DNA of 64,000 bases. It comes from Malacoraja senta (lineage: Eukaryota). Below are positions 47,479 to 59,390 of this stretch, piece after piece. A program made the position numbers and the translations under genes. Where the stretch lies: assembly GCA_038087875.1 (NCBI GenBank), contig JAXLNO010003783.1:1-64000 (forward strand), written 5' to 3'. Positions within the stretch are counted from its first letter, which is position 1; each line of letters begins with the position of its first letter. The notes under the pieces are model-generated. The model was not told where the DNA came from. It ran no database searches and saw nothing but the letters and a program-made list of their open reading frames with translations.

Positions 47479-48841
47479 CCTACCAGATAATGAAATGCCT
47501 GGTTAGTTGATGGGAAAGGAAGTTTTCAGTAATGGGAGAGTCTAGCACAGCCTCACAATAAAAATACCTACCTTCAATATGGAGATGAGGAGGAATCTCT
47601 TTAGTCACAGGGTGGTGAATCTGTGGAATTCATTGATACAAACAGCTGTGTGGGTCAAGTCATTGCATATTTTTCAAGCAGAGATTGATAGGTTCTTGAT
47701 GAGTACGGGTGACAAAGGTTACAGGGAGAAGGCTAGAGAATGGGATTTAGCGGTAAAAAATCGATCTGCTATGACTGAATGGTGGAGTAGACTCAATGGA
47801 CTTGAAAGGCATAATTCCGCTCCAATATCTTATGGTCAAAATTATTCTTATGTCACCCTTAACTCACCCATCCAAATGTAGGAACAGTGGAAGCAAGATA
47901 GGCTGATCCTGGACAAGGTCTCTTATCTTCTTCCTTGGGCATCTAGCTAATTTTCTGATAGTAGTTAGTTACACAAAAGACCAACAGTGGTGCCATATTA
48001 TCAGGCTGAAGTAGCAGCACCTGTTCTGTAGCTGACTTATTTGTTCCAGACAAGACCTCTGCAAAGATCTTCACACCAGGGCCAAGCTGACATGGTTAAG
48101 ATTGCTGGTCAGTACAAATAGACAGTAGTGTTAATGTCTGTGTGTGCCTATGTGTGTGTGTGTGGGCTCATGTGTGTGAGACAGTGAGGGGGAGAGAGAG
48201 AGAAAGAGAGAGCATGTGTATGTGAGAAAATTAAACTCAGATATCATTGAAATATCAGCAAAGATTAAAACCTTTGAAGTTTTATCAACTATAAATGGGT
48301 TCACTTTTATTTGCTATAATAACAATCATCAACATAAGAAAATGGCCTTGTTGACCTCTACACTGTAAATAGTCATATATTTCTGACGTACTTGATTCTT
48401 TAAATTCTTAATTAAATGCTGCAGATAAAATCTCAATACCTCAATGCTAATATGAACTTAATGATTTTTCATTGATCATTTTAAGCACATCCATCCTCTG
48501 TATAAATACTTAAATCTAAAACGTTATTACTTTTTAATTAGATATGAACAGTGCTACTTTAATTTAGATAATAAAATCATTACAATGTTGTTATTGATCA
48601 CTAAATGTTTAAAATGCACTATACAGTGGCTTGCAAAAGTTTTCATACCCCTTGAACTTTTCCACATTTTGTCACGTTACAACCACAAACGTAAATGTAT
48701 TTTATTGGGATTTTATGTGATAGACCAACACAAAGTGGTGCATAATTGTGAAGTGGAAGGAAAATGATACATGGTTTTCAAATTTTGTTACAAATAAAAA
48801 ACTGAAAAGTGTCGCGTGCAAAAGTATTCAGCCCCCCTGAG

Positions 48842-49863
48842 TCAATACTTTGTAGAACCACCTTTCGCTGCAATTACAGCTGCAAGTCTTTTGGGGTATA
48901 TCTCTACCAGCTTTGCACATCTAGAGACTGAAATTTTTGCCCATTCTTCTTTGCAAAATAGCTCAAGCTCAGTCAGATTGGATGGAGAGCATCTGTGAAC
49001 AGCAATTTTCAAGTCTTGCCAGAGATTCTCAATTGGATTTAGGTCTGGACTTTGACTGGGCCATTCTAACACATGAATACGCTTTGATCTAAACCATTCC
49101 ATTGTAGCTCTGGCTGTATGTTTAGGGTCGTTGTCCTGCTGGAAGGTGAACTTCCGCCCCGGTCTCAAGTCTTTTGCAGACTCTAACAGGTTTTCTTCCA
49201 AGATTGCCCTGTATTTGGCTCCATCCATCTTCCCCCATCAACTCTGACCAGCTTCCCTGTCCCTGCTGAAGAAAAGCATCCCCACAGCATAATGCTGCCA
49301 CCACCATGTTTCACAGTGGGGATGGTGTGTTCAGGGTGATGTGCAGTGTTAGGTTTCCGCCACACATAGCGTTTTGCATTTAGGCCAAAAACTTCAATTT
49401 TGGTCTCATCTGACCAGAGCACCTTCCTCCACATGTTTGCTGTGTCCCCCACATGGCTTGTGGCAAACTGCAAACGGGACTTCTTATGGGCTTTTATCAA
49501 CAATGGCTTTCTTCTTGCCACTCTTCCATAAAGGCCCGATTTGTGGAGTGCACGACTAATAGTTTTCCTGTGGACAGATTCTCCCACCTGAGCTGTGGAT
49601 CTCTGCAGCTCCTGCAGAGTTACCATGGGCCTCTTGGCTGCTTCTCTGATCAATGCTCTCCTTGCCCGGCCTGTCAGTTTAGGTGGACGGCCATGTCTTG
49701 GTAGGTTTGCAGTTGTGCCATACTCTTTCCATGTTCGGATGATGGATTGAACAGTGCTCCGTGAGATGTTCAAAGCTTGGGATATTTATTTATAACCTAA
49801 CCCTGTTTTAAACTTCTCCACAACTTTATCCCTGACCTGTCTGGTGTGTTCCTTTGGCTTCAT
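48842..49863 (-). pseudogene. Tc1 DD34E transposase with one nonsense codon and one frameshift
   Basis: MKPKEHTRQVRDKVV...GYK*ISQ (TAA at 49786-49788), [28 protein letters not shown] (34 residues between D and E). A 2-nt G insertion near 49230 gives a span of 1022 nt against 1020 expected. Confidence 0.95.
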
Positions 49864-49944
49864 GATGTTGTTTGTTCACTAATGTTCTCTAACAAACCTC
49901 TGAGGCCTTCACAGAACAGCTGTATTTATACTGAGATTAGATTA

Positions 49945-50297
49945 ATAATAATAATAATAATAATGGATGGGATTTATATAGCGCCTTTCTAATACTCGGC
50001 GCTTTACATCGCATTATTCATTCACTCCTCAGTCACACTCGGTGGTGGTGAGCTACTTCTGTAGCCACAGCTGCCCTGGGGCAGACTGACGGAAGCGTGG
50101 CTGCTAATCTGCGCCTACGGCCCCTCCGACCACCACCAATCACTCACACACATTCACACACATTCACACGCAGGCAAAGGTGGGTGAAGTGTCTTGCCCA
50201 AGGACACAACGACAGTATGCACTCCAAGCGGGATTCGAACCGGCTACCTTCCGGTTGCCAGCCGAACACTTAGCCCATTGCGCCATCTGTCGTCCCG
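49945..50297 (-). mobile_element. tRNA-derived CORE-like SINE with an L2-type tail, nested in the Tc1
   Basis: A/B boxes, GTCCTTGGGCAAGACACTT core, AAAGCGC...GCGCTATATAAA stem and (ATT)n tail; AGATTA duplication at 49939-49944 and 50298-50303. Confidence 0.88.
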
Positions 50298-50614
50298 AGA
50301 TTACACACAAGTGGACTCTATTTACTAATAAGGTGACTTCTGAAGGCAATTGGTTGCACTGGATTTTATTTAGGGGTATCAGAGTAAAGGGGGCTGAATA
50401 TTTTCGCACGCGACACTTTTCAGTTTTTTATTTGTAAAAAAATTTGAAAACCATGTATAATTTTCCTTCCACTTCACAATTATGTGCCACTTTATGTTGG
50501 TCTATCACATAAAATCCCAATAAAATACATTTACGCTTGTGGTTGTAACGTGACAAAATGTGGAAAAGTTCAAGGGGTATGAATAATTTTGCAAGCCACT
50601 GTATATGCCAACAG

Positions 50615-50835
50615 AGAGGGCAGTGAAAGAAGATATGAAGATTAGGATCGTGACTGGAGCTGTAATTGTTCCTCTTATTCTCCTGGGGATCATCCTTGGA
50701 ATTGGTTGCTGGAAGAAGAGGAAAAAGAGAAAACCTTTCAATGAACAGGTACCAGCTGACAACAGCAGAGACCAGGAGAGGACCATGAAGCACAATCAGC
50801 TTCCTTTGGGATGCAGAGGAGGTCTACCGGAATGA
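50615..50835 (+). CDS. MHC class I connecting peptide/TM/cytoplasmic exon
   Basis: Phase-1 start after ccaacag: ERAVKEDMKIR, a hydrophobic IVTGAVIVPLILLGIILGIGCW segment, then basic KKRKKRK. The 3' end is uncertain (possible donor at 50749; last codons are CR1-derived). Confidence 0.85.
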
Positions 50836-51290
50836 CGCCTGGATTAGTGGGGTATTAGCCACAGGGAGAAGTTGGACAGACTGGACAGTTGGATTGTTTT
50901 CTCTGGAATGTCGGGGATTGAGGGGAGACCTGACAGTAATATATCAAACTGGGAGGAGTAGAGATAGGGTAGACCATCAGACTTTTTACCCAGGAAGGAA
51001 ATATCAAATAAGAGCAGGTATTGCTTTGCAATGAGTGGCAAAGTTAAAAAAAGATGTGCAGGACAAGTGTTTTACGCCAAGGGTGGTGAGTGACTGGAAT
51101 GTGCTGCTGGAGGTGGTGGTGGAAGCAGATATGATAGTGGCATTTAAGAGACTTTTAGATAGGCACATGTATATGCAGGGAATGGATGGATATGGATTAT
51201 GTGCAAGCAGATAACAATTGGTCTTGGCATCATGTTCGGCACAAACATTGTGGGTCAAAGGGCCTGTTCTTGTGCTGTACTGTTCTATGC
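50808..51290 (+). mobile_element. Decayed CR1 3' fragment abutting the class I TM exon
   Basis: tgcagaggaggtctaccggaatgacgcctggattag matches the CR1 VQRRFTRMLPGL coding segment; a CR1 tail follows. Confidence 0.75.
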
Positions 51291-51566
51291 TCTTTATTGT
51301 ATCAATGCTGACTGATGACTTTACATTCAGCCATTAATTTTTCAAATGCTGTCTTCACTGCAGTTACCCTGTGATTCCAAAGTCATACATTGCGCCACAT
51401 TTTGGAATAAAAGGTCGCCTATTTGATTGATTGATACTTTATTATCACATGTGACATGTCACAGTGAAATTCTTTGCTTTGCATAACATACACAAGGTAG
51501 ACATACACAAGTCACCATGTATAGGGTGTCGACACAGTTACAAAGTAATCATTACAGTCCCCAATG

Positions 51567-51780
51567 GTCCCTCTTTGTTCTCGGCAGCCCCTCCATGTTG
51601 GGTTCACCTGTGTTATCCGCAGCCCCAGCCCCCCCCCCCCCCAACTCCAGGACCCTCTTTGTTCTCGGCAGCCCCTCCATGTTGGGTTCACCTGTGTTAT
51701 CCGCGCCCCCTCCCCCCCCAACCCCGGGACCCTCTTTGTTATCTTTGTTCTCGGCAGTCCTCCCATGTTGGGTCCCTCTT
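51567..51780. repeat. Three tandem units of about 80 bp with poly-C linkers
   Basis: ccctctttgttctcggcagcccctccatgttggg recurs at 51567, 51651 and 51728. Confidence 0.85.
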
Positions 51781-54709
51781 TAAAATAGTTACGAAGAAGA
51801 TTTATTTTCCAGGAGGTGTATGATTTGCCTGAACTTTCTATTCCAGCTGTGAAGACAAGGTGAATGAATATTTTCTAGGTTGAGATATAGAGAATTTTAG
51901 ATCAGAAATGAATCAAAAATTGCAGGAATTATGCAGTAAACTGATCAAAATCAGATTGGACATAATGTTATTGAATGATGCAGTCTGTTCAAGGGGGCTT
52001 ACAGCTGATTACTAATCTTATTTTATATAAAACATAAAAATGTTCATCTCAGGAAGAGGCCCTTTGGCCCACAATGTCTGTGGTGAACATGATGAGATGC
52101 TAAACTGATCCCATCCAACTGCAACATGATCCATATCCCTCTATTTCCTGCAGATCAGTTTGTCGATCTAAAAGCCTCTCAAACATCATATACATATTTT
52201 GCCAGAGATAGACACAAAAAGTTGGAGAAACTCACCGGGTCAGTCAGCATCTCTGGATACAAGGCATAGGTGACATTTCGGGATGAGACCCTTGTTCAGA
52301 CTCCAGAAATGCTGTTTGACCCGCTGAGTCACTCCAGCTTTTTGAGCCTATCTTCGGGTTAAACCTGCATCTGCAGTTCGTTCCTAGTTATTTTGCCACT
52401 TCTCTTTGTCACATACTGTAACCTGCATTCCTTGTTCACATACCTGATGGTGTAGTGGAGAAGTAATTGCCTTTGCATTTAATGCTTCACTCAGTGCTTC
52501 AAGTATTTGATGGGCCAGTCAACAAGGATCTTTGTTTTCAATACGAACCACGCTCTACACCACAGCTTAGATAATATTGCTTAGTTTAGTTGAGTGATAC
52601 AGCATGGATGCAGAGCCTTCAGCTCATCGAGTTGATACCAACCATCCAACACACCAGTTCTATGTTATCCCTCTTTCACATCCTCTTTCGATACACTAGG
52701 GCAATTTTACAAAGGCCAACTCACCTACAAACCTGTACATCACTGAGATGTGCGAGGAAACCGGAGCACCGGGAGAAATCCCACGTGGTCACAGGGAGAA
52801 CATGCAAACTCCACATAGACAACATCCCAGTACCATGTCATGTGAATATTTATGGAACATGGTAACGTATGGGGGCTGTGTTTTGTTGACCTGACAGATC
52901 ACTGGTAACAATACTCATTATCAAAGCTGTGGTGTAATAGCTCTGGAAGTGTTTTATGTGCAACAGACTGAGAATTTCATTGTTCATCCACCAGTGTCAT
53001 TTCTGAATTATGAGCATTTAATAAAATACTTTTGAACAAGTTTTACCAAGACGTTAGCATGCTACACTGACCTATATACTTGTTTTGTCATTGTTAATAC
53101 TACAGACAGCTATTTACTCAATCATAAGTTCATAAGATCATAAGTGATAGGAACAGAATTAGGCCATTCGTCCCATCAATCATGGCTGATCTATCCTATC
53201 CTCCAAACCACATTTTCCTACCTTCTCCCCATAACCCCCGACACCCGTTCTATTCAAGAATCTATCTATCTCTGCCATAAAAAAATATCCATTGACGGCC
53301 TCCACAGCCTTCTGTGGCAGAATTCCACAGATTCACCACCCTCTGAATAAAGAAATTCCTCCTCATCTCCTTCCTAAAGGAGTGTACTTTAATTGTGAGG
53401 CTTTGCCCTCTGGTGAGATGCTGACACTAGTGGAAACATCCTCTCAACATCCACTCTATCCAGGCCTTTCACTATCAGGTAAGTTTCAATGAGGTTTCCC
53501 TCATCCTTCTAAACTCCAGCGAGTAGAGGCCTAGTGCCGTCAAATGCTCATTTGAACAGAATAACAACAACTTTACTCTTCATATAACCAATTGTCAAAA
53601 CTCACACCTCCACATTCAGGGACAGTCTCTTCCCAATTGTTATCAGGTAACTGAAACCATCCTACCTACAACCAGGGTGCAGTCTTGAACTACTGTCTCC
53701 TGCATTGGAGATCCTTGGACAATCTTTGATCGGACTTTACTGCCTTTATCTTGCACCAAACGTTATTGACGTTATTCCCTTTATCATATATCTGTACACT
53801 ATGGATGGCTCGATTGTAATCATGTATTGTCTTTCCACTGACTGGTTAGCACATTTAGTTTAGTTTAGTTTAGAGATACAGGGTGGAAACAGGGTCCGCA
53901 CCAATTCCCGCACACTAACACTATCCTACACACACTTGGAACAGGTTTACATTTATACCAACCCAATTAACCTACATACCCATAGTCAAGATCAAACCCG
54001 GCTGTGTGGCACATAAGGCAGCAACTCCAGTGTTGCATCACCATGTTGCCCTTATTGTTGTAGGATGTGCAGGGAATGGAGGTATATTATGTGCCGGCAG
54101 ATAGGAGTTGGTCTTGGCATCATGTTCAACACAGACATTGTGGGCCAAAGGGCCTGTTCCTGTGTTGTACTGATCTATTGTGGTGATTGTGAAAACACAT
54201 AATAATTACTTGATTGCTGATATCTTAAGTGTATTTACTAGGTACATTAAATATTCAGACAAAACTAAATTCCATTCCCGAGTCATCTAATTCCCACACC
54301 CTAGTCAGCATGAAACATCAACTTTGTTGATGTACTGATATTTATTTTCTGTTAATATTTAACTGTGAGTTTAATGTTACACCAAATGATAATTGGCTTG
54401 TTTCCATCAGTGTTTGCAATCTGGATGACCCTGAATTTATTGCTTAGGTGTGAGATTCATCGCAAGGACTGAGATGAGGCAGAAACCTGACTGTTACAGA
54501 CTTTTTGGAGGGGTTTGCAAGATTTTGACCCAACACCTCTGAAGGCAAGACAATATATTTACAAGCAGCCTCAACCGCACCTCAGACAGTGCCATCCAGG
54601 CACTCGTCACTGTCTGTGAAAAAACATGCCCTGCACATTTCCTTTAAACATTCATCTTAAAGCTATGCCCTCTTGTATTTAATGTTTCCATCCATGTTGA
54701 GTTTAGTTT

Positions 54710-55015
54710 ATTTTAGTTTAGAGATACAGCGTGGAAACAGGCCCTTCGGCCCACCGAGTCCGCACCGACTAGTGATCCCTGGGCATTAGCACTATCCTAC
54801 ACACACTCGGGACGATTTACACATACACCAAGCCAATTAATCTACATACCTGTACATCTTTGGAGTGTGGGAGGAAACTGAAGATCTCGGAGAAAACCCA
54901 TGCTGTCATGGAGAGAACGTACAAACTCCACACGTACAGCACCCGTGGTCGGGATCGAACCTGGGTCTCCCACGCTGCAAGCGCTGTAAAGCAGCAACTC
55001 TACCGCTGCGCCACA
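54710..55015 (-). mobile_element. HE1-type SINE, near full length
   Basis: Best-preserved copy of the family in the window. Confidence 0.88.
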
Positions 55016-55789
55016 GTGACTGCCCCTGTTCTGACTATCTATCCTATCTATACCTCTCATAGTTTTATGTACTTCTATCCGGTGTCCCATCAAACTCCGG
55101 CATTGTAGCGGAAGCAATCCATGTCTGTCCATATGTTTCATGTAGCCAACACACCCTAGTTGAGGCATCATTCTTGTAAACCTCTGCACCCTTTCCAATG
55201 CCTCTACATCCTTTATGTAATGGGTCAACAAAAACTACACATAATACTCCAAATGTGGACTACCCAGCCCTATAAAACTGTATTATGACTTCCTGTCTCT
55301 AGAAACCCAAGATTCAACCCCAAGATCTCTCTGTAGATTAATGCTGTTAAGGGTCTTGCCAATAACTGTATACTTTTCCTTTACATTTGACCACTCAAAG
55401 TGTAACATACTTGCTCAAAATGAACTCCATTTGCAATTTTCTGCCCATTTCTGTATCTGATGTATTTCCCATTGTACACTTGGGCAGCCTTCTTCACTGT
55501 TCGCAACTCCATCAATGTTGGTGGCACCTGCAAACTAACTAACCAACCCAACCACTGGGTGGCGCCAGCAATGGCTGTCTCGCCAACAGTCTGTCTGTCC
55601 CTTCCTTCTTTGTGTTTTAACAGTTTGTGTTAAATCAGGGGTTGGCAACCTACGGCCCAGATCCGGTCTGTAACTCGAAATCATCCGGCACGCAGGCGTA
55701 ACACAAAACACACACAACACTTATCCGAGAGTAGTTCTCACACACACACACACACAGCCAATTCCATATCACAATACCTGTCGACTCAA

Positions 55790-56103
55790 GGGCCTGTCCC
55801 ACTGTACGAGCTAATTCAAGAGTTCTCCCGAGTTTCCCATGATTCGAACTCGGAGAATTACAGTAATAGCCGCTCGTAGGTACTCGGGGCTCTCGTGGAC
55901 ATTTTTCAACACGTTTAAAAATCTTCACGAGTCTTCACGAGCTTACCGCGTTTCCTGAGTACATGCCGTTAGCATTACGAGCCACTAAGAGACGTCCCGA
56001 GCTCCGACGTACCCGCTACGTACATTCTACGTACTTACCACGAGTTTGATTTTTTTAAAACTCGGGAGAGCTCTTGAATTACCTCGTACAGTGGGACAGG
56101 CCC
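55790..56103. mobile_element. 314-bp MITE, GGGCCTGTCCCACT TIR family
   Basis: Perfect terminal GGGCCTGTCCCACTGTACGAG inverted repeat that extends imperfectly to about 45 bp; followed by ttaa. Confidence 0.85.
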
Positions 56104-58849
56104 TTAAATCTTTCTCCCCGTCCCTACCCTTCCACCCCCTCTTCCATCCTCCCGACCACCCGAAGTGAAAGCGCCCCCCCCCCCCACCTCGGTGCTGCGG
56201 CTTGTGTGAAACTGCAGCGGGATGAGAGCGACTTCGACAACGCTGTGCTGGAGCGGTTTCTTCGGGAGCCCAGCGGTGGACGGGCTGGAGGAAAACAAAG
56301 CATCAGCGAGGTCGGTGAGCAATTCCGCTCCGGCCACAGTGTTGCACTTTAGTCGTATTTGTCCCGGGGGTAATTGTCTTTTTGTTACGATTTTTTAAAA
56401 CTATAATGAATTAATTATTAACTATGGTGACAGATGTGGCCCTCCATCCACTCCTATGCAGAACAAGGATGCTGACCCATGTGTTAAATGTATGTTTTTA
56501 GTGTTCTTTAGCTTGTTTTACGTGGGGTGGGGTGTGGGGTTGGGGGAAACCTTTTCTAATATCTTACCTCGATGGAGATGCGATTTTTTTCTGTATCGTA
56601 TCTCGGTCCGCACTGCAGCCTAACATCCAGGAGTTGCCGTCCTTTGGTGGAGGCCGACTTTTGACAGCTCCACCACGGGAGCCTGCGGAGTTACCATCAC
56701 GCAGCTCACAATCTCTTTGCCAGGGATCGACCTCGGAGCTCCAACTGTGGGTGCTTGCGGACTTAACATCACGGAGCTCGCGGTCTCTGGTCAGAGACCG
56801 ACCTCGGGAGCTCCAAGCCGCAGGTGCTTTGACCACCCCAACACAGGAGCTTCTATCGCCCTGACACAGGTGCTTCAACTGCCCCGACCGCGGGAGAATA
56901 AAAAGAAAGAAGATTGGACTTTTTTGCCTTCCATCACAGTGAGTAATGTGGGAATCTGCCGTGGTGGATGTTTATGTTAACTTTTATGTCATTGTGTCTT
57001 GTTGCTTGTCTTGGGCCAGGGGTGGGATCCAGTACAGGCAACGCCAACAACTTTAATGACAATCAAAATAAGAATGCAAGGAAACAACAAGAGATCCAAT
57101 CAGAACATAGACACAAAATGCTGGAGTAACTCGTCGGGACAGGCAGCATTTCTGAAGAGAAGGAATGGGTGACATTTTGGGTCGAGACCCTTCTTCAGGC
57201 TGATGTCAGGGGAATGGGAGGTCGATAGATAAGGAAGTGTATAGATAAGGACGTGTAAGATGTGAAAACAGGACAAAGGGAATGGAGATCAAGGAAAATG
57301 TAGCAGCAAAGGAAAGAGATAAAGAAGGGAGACTCTCGGAAAAGATTGACAAGGGGGGAGATCTGCTACATAGTGAGAAGCTGTGGTAAATATATCACCT
57401 TTATTTAACAGCAAGCTGCTTCGATAAACAAATAAGTAACAAGCCAACAGATGGTTACACTGATAAAGTTATACCAACAAGGGTGTTTGCAGGTTCAAGT
57501 GCAACATAAACTCTGGCCTTGAAGTATGATACTGTTTGGTTGGTTTCTGTGTGCGTACACAATGAGATTCTTTACAATGTAAATCAGAATATGAAAAATG
57601 GAGAAAAAAGTAAAATATATAGATTCATTCTTGTAAAACCTTTCACAACATTTTAAAAACATTTAGAACCACTGAGTATTTCTTGAAATGTAAACACTAT
57701 TGAATGAATAAACAGAGAACATTGAGCAGGATCACACAGGGATAAGCCCTAGCATCACAACGTCTGTGCTGGCTATGTTGCCTTTACAAACTAATCCCAT
57801 CTTCCTGCACATTGTCTATCCAGACTGAAGAAGGGCATCGATCCAAAACATCACCCAGTCCTTCTCTCCTGAGATGCTGCCTTTCCCGCTGAGTTACTCA
57901 AGATTTTTGTGTCTACCTTTGGTTTAAACCGGCATCTGCTGTTCCTTTCCACACACCCCTTCATTTCCTCTCTGTTCACATGTCACGACCCAAGAGAGAC
58001 AAGAGAAAGCTTCTTTAATGAAATGTCTAATTAAATGTTCCAACAACAGAACAATTACATTATTACATGCAGCAGCCTAACAGGCCCATAAACAGAGTAT
58101 AAATAGATAAACAAGATAATAATAAAAATAAAAAATAAAAGAGCCACTGTGTGGCGCGACAGTCAAAATCAATTTATTAGTTAACATAAAACATAGAGCA
58201 GTACCACATACATGCCTGTTTAAATGCCTTTAAACATTGCTATCATATCTGTTTCCACTACTTCCTCTGAATGCACGCTCCAAGCACCCACCACTCTCTG
58301 TGTAAAACATCCTTTAAGATTTACTCCTCTCTACTCTGTGTCTCTCATAATTATATATACTTCCATCAGGTGTCCCCCACCCCCCTCATATTCCAACTCC
58401 ACAAGAGCAAATGATCTAAGTTTGTCCAACCTGTCCTCACAGCTGACACTCTCAAACACTGCTTTCAATTTTCATTCAAAGGGAAATGTGATGAGCGACA
58501 GATGATCTGTGTTCTTCGGTGGTATCAACTGCAAGATAAATATCAATGAGGATTCTGGGATTAACCTGTATTCCTTAAATAACGTTTTGGGATTATTTTT
58601 TAGAGGGCTGAAATATATATCAGTCCATTCAGCCCAGCGAATCCACACCAGTCATTGACCATCCGTTCACACCAGTTCAGAGTTATCACATTTATGCATC
58701 ACATTTTGACTTCACGGAGGCCAATTAAGCAACAAGCCAGCATGTGGTGTACGAGGAAGCTGGACCACCTGGAGGTAGCCAGCGCAGTCACAGGGGGAAG
58801 GTGCAAACTCCACACGGACAGTACTTGAGGGCAGGATCAAGGCCAGGTC

Positions 58850-59390
58850 ATAAGGAATGGGTGTAGAATTAGGCCATTCGGCCCATCTAGTTCACTCCAC
58901 CATTCAATCATTACTGATCTATCTCTCCCTCCTCACCCCAATTCTCCTGCCTTCTCCCCATAACCTCGGACACTTGTACCAATCAAGAATCTATCTATCT
59001 TCGACTTAAAAATATCCAGACGGCCTCCACAGCCTTCTGTGGCAACAAATTCCATGGATTTGCCACCCTCTGCCTTAAGAAATTTCTCCTCATCTTCCTA
59101 AAAGAACGTCCTTTAAATCTGAGGCTATGGCCTCCAGTCCTAGACTCTCTCACTAGTGGATACATCCTCTCCACATCCACTCTATCCAAACCATTCACTA
59201 TTCTGTAGGTTTTAATGAGGTCCCCCCTCATTCTTCTAAACTCCAGAGAGTACAGACCCAGTGCTAACAAATGTTCATGATAGGTTAATCTACTCATTTC
59301 TGGGATCATTGTTGTAAACCTCCTCTGGACCCTCTCCAGAGCCAGGACATCCTTTCTCAGATATAGTGCCCAAAATTGCTCACAATATTC
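58850..59390 (-). mobile_element. CR1 LINE 3' fragment
   Basis: YCEQFWALYLRKD...LGLYSLEFRRMRGDL peptide. Confidence 0.85.

Larger units (their letters stand above)
48624..50601 (-). mobile_element. Full-length Tc1/mariner transposon, Passport-like, IR-DR type
   Basis: About 214-bp TIRs (48624-48837, 50388-50601) starting CAGTGGCTTGCAAAA, about 95% identical by eye; TA duplication at 48622-48623 and 50602-50603. Confidence 0.96.
35025..50835 (+). pseudogene. Nonclassical MHC class I-like heavy chain gene with premature stop in alpha3 (null allele, pseudogene or alpha3-skipping gene)
   Basis: Five phase-1-joined exons of canonical class I sizes (52, 261, 276, 273 nt and TM), with C101/C164-equivalent and Ig C1 cysteines; in-frame TAG at 42573-42575. 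Confidence 0.85.

Noticed and set aside
51847-51859. Possible 13-nt micro-exon or terminal exon of the class I tail (ttccag|CTGTGAAGACAAG|gtgaat)
   Set aside because: Too short to support, and its phase cannot be tied to a definite TM-exon donor.
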